A stretch of DNA of 64,000 bases from Paraspadella gotoi (lineage: Eukaryota > Animalia > Chaetognatha): the NCBI GenBank assembly GCA_051294375.1, contig CM119263.1, positions 4,339,947 through 4,403,946 on the forward strand, written 5' to 3'. The notes under the pieces were generated by a model. That model made no database searches and was not told the origin of the DNA. It saw nothing but the letters and a program-made list of their open reading frames with translations. A program made the position numbers and the translations under genes. Below, piece by piece: positions 38,071-49,921 of this stretch (positions within the stretch are counted from its first letter, which is position 1; each line of letters starts with the position of its first letter).

Positions 38071-41000
38071 CACGAAGAACGCGGGACGCGTTTTGGCGCG
38101 AACCTGTCAGCGCTCCGTAATTTAAAAAACAAGAAAATAAAAAAATAAATAAAGATTAAAAGCTGGACATAAAGCTTATCGAAGTTAATGAATTTATACC
38201 GCCATAGCAGGGGGACTGGCTTCCGGTGAACAGATAAAATCACCACCGGGGTGAAGAGGTTCCTCTCACTCTCTCGGTCCGGCGCTCGGGTCAGTCTCCT
38301 CTCGTCATCCTGTCTCTTGGTTCTCTCCTATCTTGTCGCTTTTTGGTGGTGCGGTCTGGTGGTTCTGCGTCGGGCTCTGTAACCTCGACGTGCTGGTTCG
38401 GAGGCGGTCGGCACTCGTGCTGTAGGATATGTACCAGGGCGGAATGTCGTGATGGGCAGCCGCTTCGGGTGACTGCGCTATGGGCGAGATCTCCGGCATG
38501 AGCATCGGCACGTCTTACGTTAGAGCGGCTACATGCATGTCGCCTGATAGGCTCAGTGCGTGTGTGGTGGGAGTGTGGTGAAAGCGTGTTTAAGGATGTC
38601 GGGTTGGGTGCGATCGTTGTGCGGAGGGCCTGTTTCTTCGGGCTATCTCTGACTGGCCGGGCTAGCGGTCGATCGGCAGCGTTCGTATTGGCGTCTCGTA
38701 CTCAAGAGCTGTATGGTAAGTGGTCCCAGATTCCCCGTGCCCCCTTTTTCCGTCTCTCATGCTCGCGATACACGTGTCGCGCTTCTCACCTCGCCAAGGG
38801 ACAGACCACCCATAACTCTTGCTAGCCGTCCCGCGTCGTCGTGGGTCGGTGTCGTTGTGTCCCCTCTGTCCCAGCCGGTCTCTCTCTCCTCTCGATGAGA
38901 CGGCTGTCCGACTCTGCTCTATCTGACGTCTTTCGGTCCTCGTCTCGGGAGTCGCGGTCTCTTCTTCGTCTATCGGTCCGTCGCTCTATCTGCTCCATCG
39001 GTCTCTTCTCGGTTCTACGCGTTTCGCGCCTACCTCTCAAATCCTTTATCGAATCTCCACTCCCATTTTCGAGTAGGGTCGCGCTCGCCTCATGTTATAT
39101 TTTCATAATGCTCTCTCTCTCCCCGTCTCTCTCTATCCTCTCTCAGCTCGTGCGTCCGCTCTACTCTTCTCCTCATTCTCTCTCTCATTTGCCTCTCGAT
39201 CTTCTAATCTCTCTCTCTCTCGATGACTCTGTTCCCTCTGTGATCAGCGAAAACCAATCCTCACAAACAGCGCTCCTCCCTTTGCAGTTTCGCGAGTCGT
39301 GTAAAAAAAGTGCAACACACCATCAGGATAGACGGAACGACCGAAATAGTTTTTGCCGGAAAGAGCGGCGGCGGCGGCGGCGGCGGCGGCGAGCGGCCGT
39401 CGGCGGCGGCGCGGCGGCGGGCGAAGCGGCAGTCCTACCTAGAAAGCTTCAGCGTGTTGAAATGTTGCCTTTAGTTTGTTTATGAATGATTTGTTATGAA
39501 TAAAAAAAGAATAGACAGGCAAGGAAAGTAAAAATGTCGCGGTCAAAAAAAAATGATAAATATTAAAAAGAATTTTTAAATAATTAGGTAAAAATGTAAA
39601 GATTTGTAAAATTGTATAAGAGACGAGAATAATAGGCAACAAAAATATTGTAATGGGGAATGTAGATATGATAAAAGAAAATGATTACAAATTATAATTG
39701 TGGCCAGATGGAAAAATGAATGGAACGGTAATGAAAAATGAGCCAAGATGGACATCATGAGGAGTGATATTTGACTCATGAGATTCTTTTCCCGGCTTTC
39801 CTCAAGCAGGAAGATTTTCACCATTTCGTCTTGCCGATTAAGACCTAATTTGGATCTGCTTCTTGGCCATTTGAAGCATTTTAGCCATCCGCTGCGACTT
39901 TGCGCTTTCGGCACATTAGCCATCTTTCCATAGCTGCTTACAGCAATACGGCAACTGACCTTTGTCTCTTTTGTCCTACTTTTCCGTTTAGCTGTTATAA
40001 TCACGTCCGCAGGTGAAGCGCGAGGCTGCTTTGTGGACAATTCCAACGTAATCGTCGCGTGGTTTTCCAACACCCGCGGTCACTGACGAGGACCTCACAC
40101 GGCGGGGCCTGAATCTGATTAAATAATCGACGAATTTTTTCACGTAGCCATAAATTTCTTTCACGTTTTTGTTTTTTATTTCCAGAAACAAGAACAGAAA
40201 CATGGATGGAAAATACTTATTCGGCGGTTTTCGTTCAGCAGTTTTTTGATTTGTTTGACGGAGATGATTCGTTGTGACGGAGCTGAGTGCTGGGAAAGTC
40301 GGAGCAAGGAGTCGGACAAAACAGCACCAGGGTTCGTACACACACCAGAGCGCGCGGCGCAGGGAGTGCGGCAAATGTGGGCCTATGCTCCGGTCCAAAC
40401 AGCGATCTTTGAGCTTTTTTCTATCACGGCGCGTAGGGCGATCTTGTGGGTCTTGAAACAAACTGTGGTTTAAACGATTTCTCTGATGTGTGGGGGCAAA
40501 GGGTGGTGGGGTTGTGGTTAAAATTATTTTGTGGGCTTTAGACGACGTTACAGGTTCTTCAGGGTTTAGTTGAAAAAGGTTGGACCATTCACCGTGAATT
40601 TATTTGAATGTGATCAGGAAGAGTTAAAAAGTTTAATGTCGTTGAAAAACTTTCTTCTTAGGGTGAATCCATGAAAGTGGTGAGACCGTGCTAAAGGTGG
40701 ATTGGTCATGAATGAGGGAGGCGCTTGGTTTTCTATAGTGTTGTCTAACTTTGAAAAGGGTCAATTCTCCCACTCGGGGGTCGGGCGCGAGGGCCGTGGC
40801 TGGAGGGGGTGTAACAACGGGGGGTTAGATTTTTTGGGGAAAATAAAAGGAGGCAAAATCGAGGTCGGAAGACAAAGGTCCTTTGGTGTCAGTTTAAAAT
40901 TGCAAAGCGGGCAAGAGGTGGTGAGGGGTTGGAGCGGAGGAAGGGGTAGGGAGGAAAGGAGTAACATAATAAGGGAAAAAGATGGTGATTGTGGGGATTA

Positions 41001-43039
41001 GAATAGCTAACTAATGAGCAAAATATTAATGAATATTAAGTGTGATGACTTTAAATTAATGCCCTATAAGGAGACAGGAAAAGAAGGATATGAGAAAGAA
41101 TTAAAAGGAGGGAGGGAGACGAGAGAGAGAGGAGAGAGGAGATGATGTAGATGAATGAGAGAGAGAGAGATGAGAGAGAGAGAAGAGGAGAGAGAGAGGA
41201 AAGAAAGAGAGGACGCAGTACCAAAGTACACCCATCGATAAGGCATACCATTTGACCGAGTTCACTCCGAGATGCTTCCGTACTTTTATGTTGTATCTGT
41301 GTCAAGTTTTGAGTAACGATAATAAGAATTATAAACGGGTTAGAATAAAAAAACGGGGGGCTGCCGGGGGTGGATAATCCCGATCAGAAGAAAGCAGGGT
41401 GAGGTTAGGGCAAGCCCACGCATACCCAGTACGTAGCTCCCGGGCGAGATGGTAGGATGAACAGAAAGCAGGTCGATCAGATCAGGAGTCGTACGCGCCA
41501 TGAAGATAGCAATACGTAGATAAAAAAGAAAGGAGATAAAAAAAAGAGAAGGAGGAACAGGGAGGAAAAACCAAAGAAAGTAGAAAAAATAAGACAAGGA
41601 GAGGGAGAAGAAGAAAAGGAAGGATAAAGAGATAAGAGAAGCGAAGATGCCGGTTTAAGGTGCTTTGAATTACATGGATTTCCCCTTTTTTCGAAAATTT
41701 TTTTTCTTTCTCTCTCTTTCTTTTCTTTTTTTTGATTTCTTACTTTCTTTTTTTTTCCCTTCTCGTAGGGTTTGTTAGTTAGTTTTTCGGTAGACCAAAA
41801 CAAATTAAATAAATTATCCCTTTTAATTTTTTTTTTTCGTCTCTTTATCGGGGTGATCAAGGAGAAGTAGAATTTAAGGGGTCGACGCTTAAGTCGACAA
41901 AGTGATTGATTAATATTACTCGAGTTGCGATTTATTTCATAAAAAAAAAATAATTTGAGTGGCCTTTAATCCTTTAAAATCGATCGTTTTCCCCTCGCAG
42001 CTTGTTCTTTCGATCACTAGATTTTTTATCCTCCCAAAGTTCGCGAACGATCACAAACGACGATAACGATAACATGTTTTGTTTTAAATTTATTTTATTT
42101 AATTAAAAAAATTTTTTTTTTCCCCATTCCTCTTTATATCTTTTTTTAATTTATTTTTATTGTTTTTTTTTTATGTTTCAAACGAATGCCCATTTCTTTT
42201 TATTTAATGTTCTTTTCATTTTATAATTTTCTTATTTTTTTAATTCCTTTCCTTAATATGTCGCTAAATCCTTTCATTTCAATTCGCTATTTATTCCGTT
42301 TTTAATGCCAAAAGCTTTTTCTTTTCTGTTGTGTTCTTTTAATTTATGCTTTATCCTTTTTATCTATTTCAATTTTATTGTCTTTCACCATGTCTTTCCG
42401 TTTTTTTAATTCTTTGTTTTTTTTCCTCTTTTTTTTCTCTCTATTCCCATTATATTTTGCTTCCTTTTCCCCCCTTATCAAATTTCATCCATCTCAAAGT
42501 TCCCCCGTCTTTTCATATTTTAATTTGTTTTTGTGAGTTGGTTCCAATTTTTATCGTCTTCTGAACTCGAATTTTTCATACTTTTATTTTTCTTTTCTTT
42601 TTTTCTGTATTTTCTTTTCTTTTCTTTTTCTTTTCTTAATCTTTTCTCCTTTTCCTCTCATTCTTGAGGATTCAAAGGGTTAAAGAGGCGGCTCAATATT
42701 ACGGCGACGATGATGGCTATGACCCGAAAGTGCGATGGTTGGAAAAGACGTAAGCAAGAGAAGTAAGCCAAAGAAGTAAGCAGCAGATTCACCACCAGCA
42801 AAAAAAGAAGCAGCAGACCTCTTTCGTACTCTCTCCGATTAAACATACCTCACAGCCAGTCCGGGCGGCCGCGAACAGCCTTACTACTTCGCCACATTAC
42901 AAATCGGGAGGTCACGGTGACCACGCTACTTATTCATACCCAACGNNNNNNNNNNNNNNNNNNNNNNNNNTTTCTCTTCCATTATCCCGGAATATAACAT
43001 TAATCTTAAAATTGTACCCTATTTTTTTAAACTGTTATC

Positions 43040-43205
43040 CTTAACCCTAATCCTGAACCCTAACCCTAAACTTTTATCCCCAATTTCTTACCTTAACCCC
43101 TAATCTTAAACCCAAAACCCGAACCGTAATCTCTAACCCTAATCACTAATCTCATCCCTAACCTTAAGCAATAACCCAATCTTTAACCCAAATCCCTAAC
43201 TTAAT
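43040..43205 (+). repeat. Degenerate (CCCTAA)n-like interstitial tract (noisy counterpart at 32220-32402)
   Basis: CCTTAACCCTAATCCTGAACCCTAACCCTAAA... hexamer periodicity. Confidence 0.85.
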
Positions 43206-43236
43206 CTTTAATTAAAAAATATTAATATAATTCCGA

Positions 43237-43830
43237 GGTTAATACGATGAAATTGGGGCGTTCGTGTGAAATAAAATACTGCAATAACGAAATGAACGTA
43301 TTCAACTGGATGTTTTCAACGATTTCGGAAAATGAAGACAATGAGTTTGTTGATGTAGAAAAGCCGATTGATATTTGATGTAGAATGGTTGATGTAGAAA
43401 AGCTTTCGCGACAAAACACGACGAATTTTGATATTCATCGACCAAAAATTTCGTTTCAAATTTCCTGTCTCCATTTTGTTTTTTGGTTTTTTCTTTTGTT
43501 AAATTTATGTTTTTAAAAATTTTTGGGTTAATAATTTTATTTTTCTACTTTTTTTTAGGAATTTGATAATTTTTTTTTTCTTTCCTTCTTTTTTGTTTGT
43601 TTTTTGTTTTTTAGGCTCAGACATGAATGGGCGATTTACTTTAATGGCAACAAAAAAAAGTCTGTCGTCGCCATCGGAGGTCGAGGTGACCTTAAAAATT
43701 ATAATTGTTTTATTACTAGATTAGCTTAATATCTATCCAGTCCCCCCCCGACAGTCCATCCGTCAGAACGTCAGCCAGTCCGTCAATACGTCCATCAGAA
43801 GATGATTCGACTGAGTGAAATGTTCCAAAA
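43237..43830 (+). other. Exon-like fragments of an unidentified host gene (noisy counterpart 32430-33085)
   Basis: Near-open frame YDEIGRSCEIKYCNNEMNVFNWMFSTISENEDNEFVDVEKPIDI...RMVDVEKLSRQNTTNFDIHRPKI, then a T-rich intron ending TTTTAG at ~43615 and further short exon-like blocks. Needs 1-bp corrections; no homology recognised. Confidence 0.35.
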
Positions 43831-44479
43831 ACTTCCTTTAAAATAATATTAGACTCCTTTTACAAACTAGTAAACATAGAAAAAGGAAATTGTATTGTAT
43901 ATTTTTGAGTTTCGGAAGTTAAAACTTTCCTTTACTGAGCTTACAAGTTTGTAAAATAAGTATAATGCGATTTTAGTTTTTCTCTTACTTTGACATCAAG
44001 AAATCCCATGTATGTACAAGATTCAATGTGTTTGCTATTAAAAAAAAAAATNNNNNNNNNNNNNNNNNNNNNNNNNNNNNNNNNNNNNNNNNNNNNNNNN
44101 NNNNNNNNNNNNNNNNNNNNNNNNNNNNNNNNNNNNNNNNNNNNNNNNNNNNNNNNNNNNNNNNNNNNNNNNNNNNNNNNNNNNNNNNNNNNNNNNNNNN
44201 NNNNNNNNNNNNNNNNNNNNNNNNNNNNNNGCCTCCGCCGCCGCCTTCGCTGTTGTGTATTCCTCTTATCAAAGTGGGTCAACCGCGCCGTCCCGGACCC
44301 AAAGCGGCGCGGTTCTTCCCCCCATGGCGGCGCCGCCTCGTTTCCGTCAGAGTTTTTCTCGCCCTGAATGGAAACGCGAGAGAGAGGACAAACAAGTTTG
44401 GCTGGAGCCACGCCCACTTCCGGTGAATGTCGCGTGGGACAAGGTCAATCGGGGATGGAATCCGTGAAGAGGAATGCCG

Positions 44480-44713
44480 GAGGAGGGTCACTCTTTGGGC
44501 GGGAGGGGGTTGTAACATTTTGTGACACGAAGTGAAACTGTCGAGAGTTCACTCTTTAAGCGGGTCGTGTTGCCATTTTTTGTGACGCAATCTGAATGGG
44601 TTGAGAGTTAACTCTTTAACCAGGGGGAAAGGTTTGCAACGTTTCGTAACACAATGTGAAAGTGTTGAGAGTTCACTCTTTAAGCGGGGGTGTTGTCAGA
44701 CAAATTGAATCTG
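44480..44713 (+). repeat. ~62-bp degenerate tandem repeat with palindromic AGAGTT(C/A)ACTCT core, 4 units (also 34500-34748)
   Basis: GAGAGTTCACTCTTTAAGCGGG-like cores at ~44483, 44543, 44603 and 44667. Confidence 0.8.
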
Positions 44714-47224
44714 TTTTACCTTAAAGCGAATCTCTCTCTCTCTCTCTTTCTGGTTTTCTTATACATGTCACAAAAGGCCGTTGCAATATAGGATGGCGGG
44801 ATGGTTGCTCAATTCGACTTTCTGCATCCAATAAGAGTCAGGAACCAGAAGTTATTAGCAATCTGACATTGGCCATTATTCTTATATTTACTCGGTTTTA
44901 TATAACGATAAACAAACCAAAAAAACAAACAAACAATCATACTTTGCAACATTTAAACAAACGCCCTTAAATTATTCTTCTCTTCTCTTTCACTTCCTTT
45001 ATCTTTTCACTTAATATATTCGTCTCATATTCTTATTTTTCTCCCTCAAGACATTTTTCGAAATAAAATTTGAAATAANNNNNNNNNNNNNNNNNNNNNN
45101 NNNNNNNNNNNNNNNNNNNNNNNNNNNNNNNNNNNNNNNNNNNNNNNNNNNNNNNNNNNNNNNNNNNNNNNNNNNNNNNNNNNNNNNNNNNNNNNNNNNN
45201 NNNNNNNNNNNNNNNNNNNNNNNNNNNNNNNNNNNNNNNNNNNNNNNGAAAGAAAAAGCAGAAGTACGCTAAGGGCGAATTCTACAAGTCTTCAGTCTAA
45301 AACCGGCTCTCCATGAATATTATATATTTTTCATGAGTTGGCGAATCATTTTTTATTCATGGCGTCGAATGTGAGAGGAAGACTTTGGAAATTCGAACGA
45401 GTGAGAGTGAGAGAGCGCGAGTGAGTTATAGAGAGCGAAATAGAGAGCGTGCGCGCTAAACTTTTGGAGGACGAAAGATTGCGCGAGAGACATAGAGAGA
45501 GATAGCGAGGTAAAAATTAAGCAAAATGAAAAAGAGGCGGGNNNNNNNNNNNNNNNNNNNNNNNNNAGAGAGAGAGAGAATTCGGCAGGATTTTCTCAAG
45601 GTCGGCATGTGTCGGCGTGTGTCGTCTGATTTAGCAAAACGGCGCCTGATTAAAGGAAATGTCGCCTGATTTAATAAAAAAGGCGCCTGATTGATTATTA
45701 TCAGGCTTCATTGACTGAAATTAAGCTGTTTGAAGGACAACGAGACTGAGAGAAAGAAAAACACCTGTTTGAGTGAATGGAATAGAGAAAAGACTGCCGA
45801 AGCTCATCGCCAGGCATCGCCAGTTGCGCTCACGTTGAACAGGAAGAACAAAAGAACAAAAGAATAAGAGAACCAGAAATAGACGCAAAAGGCGCTGGAG
45901 TCTCTCGTATGCTTTGGTTTGTTCTTTTTGACAGGCGAAGCACACCTGTCGCCTGTTTTNNNNNNNNNNNNNNNNNNNNNNNNNNNNNNNNNNNNNNNNN
46001 NNNNNNNNNNNNNNNNNNNNNNNNNNNNNNNNNNNNNNNNNNNNNNNNNNNNNNNNNNNNNNNNNNNNNNNNNNNNNNNNNNNNNNNNNNNNNATTTAAA
46101 TTTTCATTGGCTATGCTAATGCTAGATTTTAAAAGCTAATGTATACAGCGTTAAAATAATCTATCATGACCATTAAAATTAAAATTAGTTATAAACATCA
46201 ACGCCCTCCGCTCATTTAACCCTCAACTTGCCGGCTTCGTCCCTTCCTCTTCTCTCTCCCTGTCATATTTTGCTTCCAATCAAAACCTTAAAACCGTTTA
46301 TCGTTCAACGCCTTTTTTTTATTATTTTTTTAAAATTTTTAATATTTAATAATGTTTTTTAGCTAAGCGGAGCGCGCGTCCCCGGGTTTTAAATTTGAAT
46401 TTAATAAGGTTCGTCATTTCCCGCAGATTTGGGAGAGGAAGGGAGGGAGGAAGAGGAGGAGAAGGGGGAGTGAGAGGGAGTGAAGAAGGAAGAGAGAGGG
46501 AGGGAAGCGGAGGAAGGAGTGGAGGAAGGAAGGGGAGGGGACGAGAGGGGAGTGGAAGAAGGAAAGAGGAGGGAGTAGGATGGAGGGGAGGAAGGGAGGG
46601 AGGAAGAGGAGGGGGAGAGGAGCAGAGGGAGTGGAAGAAGCAAGAGGATGGATGAGAGGAGGGAGAGAGGAGGAAGAGGAGGGAGAGAAGAGAGAGAGTG
46701 GAAGAAGGAAGAGGAGGAGAGGAGGAGGGGAGGAAGGAGGATGAGGGAATAATAGTTAATGAGATCGATTGAGTTAATGAGACGGATGGTAATATGAGGA
46801 CGGAAAGTATGAATTACAGAATGTGTAAATGAGAGAATGATGTTAAATTAAAATTATATTGTAAATGAGAGTATGTGTAAATAATAGGTTATGTAGATGA
46901 CAAGGATGTATAAATAAGAAGATTATGTAAATTAAAGGATCTATTATATAGATAAGAGTACGTGTGTAAATTAAAAGGAGGTAAATGAAGGGCAGGTGCC
47001 GAGCTAAGGGACTTAGAGCCGTGAGCGAGAGCGGGCGACGAAAATATTTATTCCTGCGGCTTATAAAATATGAAATAATAATAATAAAAAATTATCCTCG
47101 TTGACAAAAGGGAAAATAATCCTCCAACGGGCAGGGGAGAGGGTTCGAGAGAGATTCACCTCGCTTGAGGTTTGGGGGTTGAAAAACCTACTGCGTTGAT
47201 CGTGCGAACATCGAATAGCGAACG

Positions 47225-47812
47225 AAGGGTAAGGCCAACGACGAACTGCCTAAAGCAATGGCGAGAGGCAATTGCGAATGGGCGTAAAAGACAATGGCGA
47301 AGAGTGGACGGCGGTGGCCGTTAAAGCCAATGGGCGAAGAGGCAACGACGAATTCCCTAAAGCCAATTGCAAAGAGGCAACGTGCAATGGCGTTAAAGCC
47401 AATTGGCGAAGAGTCAACAGCGAAACAGCATAAAGCCAATTTGGCAAAAAGGCAAACAGGCAAACGGCGTTAAAGCCTCAATGGCGAAGATGGGCAACGA
47501 CAAACTACAAAGCCAATGTGCGAATTGGTGTAAAAAAGCCAGTGGCGAAGATGTCAACGGCGAAATGGCCGTAAGCCAATTGGCAAAGAGGACATTGTGC
47601 AAACGGGCTTTAATTTGCAAATGGCTGAAGAAGAGCATGGCAAAATGGCTGAACAGCATAAAGCCAATGGCGAAGAGCAACAGCGAAATTGAACTAATGC
47701 TAATGGCTAAGAGGAAATCGAATGGCTTATTAGCCGGATGGGCGAAAAGGTAAAACGAACGAACTAATTGCCAACGGCGGAGCTGGCACAACGAACGGCG
47801 AACGTGGCGAAC
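47225..47812 (+). repeat. 35-bp minisatellite (copy B)
   Basis: Noisy version of 53345-53895. Confidence 0.88.
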
Positions 47813-48077
47813 GTCAGCGCTCCCGTTAATTTTAACGAACTAAACAGCTATCGACTTAATGAATTTATACCCCCCATACAGGGACCTCCGCCCGTCCCGC
47901 TGTTGAAACACACAGCAACACTCTCTCTTCTCTCTTCTCTCTCTCTCTCTCTCTTCTCTCTTCTCTCTCTCTCTCTCTCTCTTCTCTTGCTCGCGCACGT
48001 TCGCACTTCTCACCTCCCAAGGACAGACACATCTTATCCCCTTCTCTGGCGTGCTGTCCCTCTCTGTCCCACCGGGT

Positions 48078-48143
<66 letters not shown>

Positions 48144-48248
48144 CTTCTCTCTCTCCTCTCTCTCTCAATTCTTTTATAATCTCCCACTCCATTTTTAGGT
48201 CGCGCTCTCTGTATATTTTCAAAATCTCTTCTCTCTCTCTCTCTCTCT

Positions 48249-48295
<47 letters not shown>

Positions 48296-49890
48296 CTCTC
48301 TCATCTATCTCTCCTCTCTCGCTGACTCTGTCTCCCTCTGTGATCAGCGAAACACCAATTCGCACACAAGCTTCCTCCCCTTTTTGCAGTTTTTGCGAGT
48401 CTTAAAAGGCAACAACAAAACGGAACGACGAAAATAGTTTTGCGGAAAGAGACGGCGGCGGCGGCGGCGGCGGCGGCGGCCGGCCGACTCGGCGGCGGCG
48501 GCGGCGCAGTCCTACCTAGAAAAGCTACTTTTGATTTGCCTTTGTATTGTTATTGAATGATTTTTGAAAAAAAAAGGAATATGAGGCAGGGAAAGTAGAA
48601 AATGTCGGCCAAAAAAAAAAATGATAAATAATAAAAAAGAATTAATAAATTGTTAAAAATGTAAATTGTAAATGTAAGAGAAGAGAATATATAGGCAAAC
48701 AAATGTAATTGGAATGATTATGAAAGAAATGATATTAAATGCAATGAAAAGAATTGGGAACGGAATGAAAATGACCAAGTATGGACATCATTATGGTGAT
48801 ATTGCTCATGGAGATTTCTTTTCCCGCTTTCCTCAGCAAAGATTCACATTTCGTCTTGCATTTAAACCATCTGCTTCTGGCCATTTGAGCATGCCATTGC
48901 ACTTTGCCTTTTCGCCATTAGCCATTTTCCATCAAGCTGCTTACAATCGGCAAAACTGACCTTTTGTCTCTTTTGCACTTTCCTTTAAAGTGTTATCACG
49001 CAGAAACCTCTTTGTGAACATCACCCCGTGAACGTTCGGCGTGTTTTCACCCGCTTTCACGACTCACGCGCTGAATCGAGTTAATAATCCTACGAATTTT
49101 TTTCACCCAAAATTTTTCATCGTTGGTTTAATTTTCAGAAAACAAAAACAGAATCTGGAGGGAAAAATATTTTTCGCGTTCGTTCAGAGTTTTTTTGTAT
49201 TTGTTGACGGAGATGATCGTTGGACGGGCAAAGTCGGGCAGAGAGTCGCGACAAAACCAAGCAATCGTACAGAGCGCGGCGCAGGGAGTCGGCAAAATGT
49301 GGGCCTATTGCTCCGGCAAACGCGATCTTTTGGCTTTTTTCTATCTACGCTATCTTTGGGTCTTGAAAAACAAACTTGTGGTTTAAACGATTTTCTATGT
49401 GTTTTTTTTCTGGGAGGGCTGTGGGGTTGTGGTAATGTTATTTTGTGGGCGTAGACGACGTTACAGTTTTCAGGTTTTAGTGAAAAAAAAAGGTTTGACC
49501 ATCTTGAATTTAATTTTGAATGTGAACAGTGATATGACGTTAAAAGTTTAGATGTCGTTGAATTTGTTATAGCGAGTGAATCCAGAAAGGTGGTGAGACG
49601 GCTAAATTGGTGGATTTGTGGTCAGATCAGGGGATAGGGTGGTTTCAAGAGTCAACTTTGAAAAAGGGTCAACGGGTTTAGATTTTGGGGAAATAAAAAA
49701 GGAAAAATCGATCGGAAGACAAAGGTCTTGTGTCAGATTTAAATTGCAAAGCGTGAAGAGATGGTGAGTGGAGTTTGGCGGAGGTAAGGGAGGAGAAAGG
49801 AGTAAAAAAAGGAAAATAGGATGGTTGGAGGAAGGAAAGAAAGGATTATGAGAAAGAAATTTAAAAGTGAGGAGGGAGAGAGAGAGAGTA

Positions 49891-49921
<31 letters not shown>

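Larger units (their letters stand above)
32150..42945 (+). repeat. Repeated locus 2, copy A (very error-rich)
   Basis: Colinear with 42971-51170 with many 1-bp insertions. Ends at a 25-N gap. Confidence 0.93.

Noticed and set aside
38250-38750. Apparent unique insertion in copy A
   Set aside because: It corresponds to a (CT)n tract in copies B and C, has no defined termini, and looks like a low-quality read segment.
43040-43205. True telomere or chromosome fusion site
   Set aside because: Short, degenerate, single orientation and internal.
44480-44713. CRISPR-like palindromic repeats with ~40-bp spacers
   Set aside because: The spacers are mutually homologous and there are only four units.
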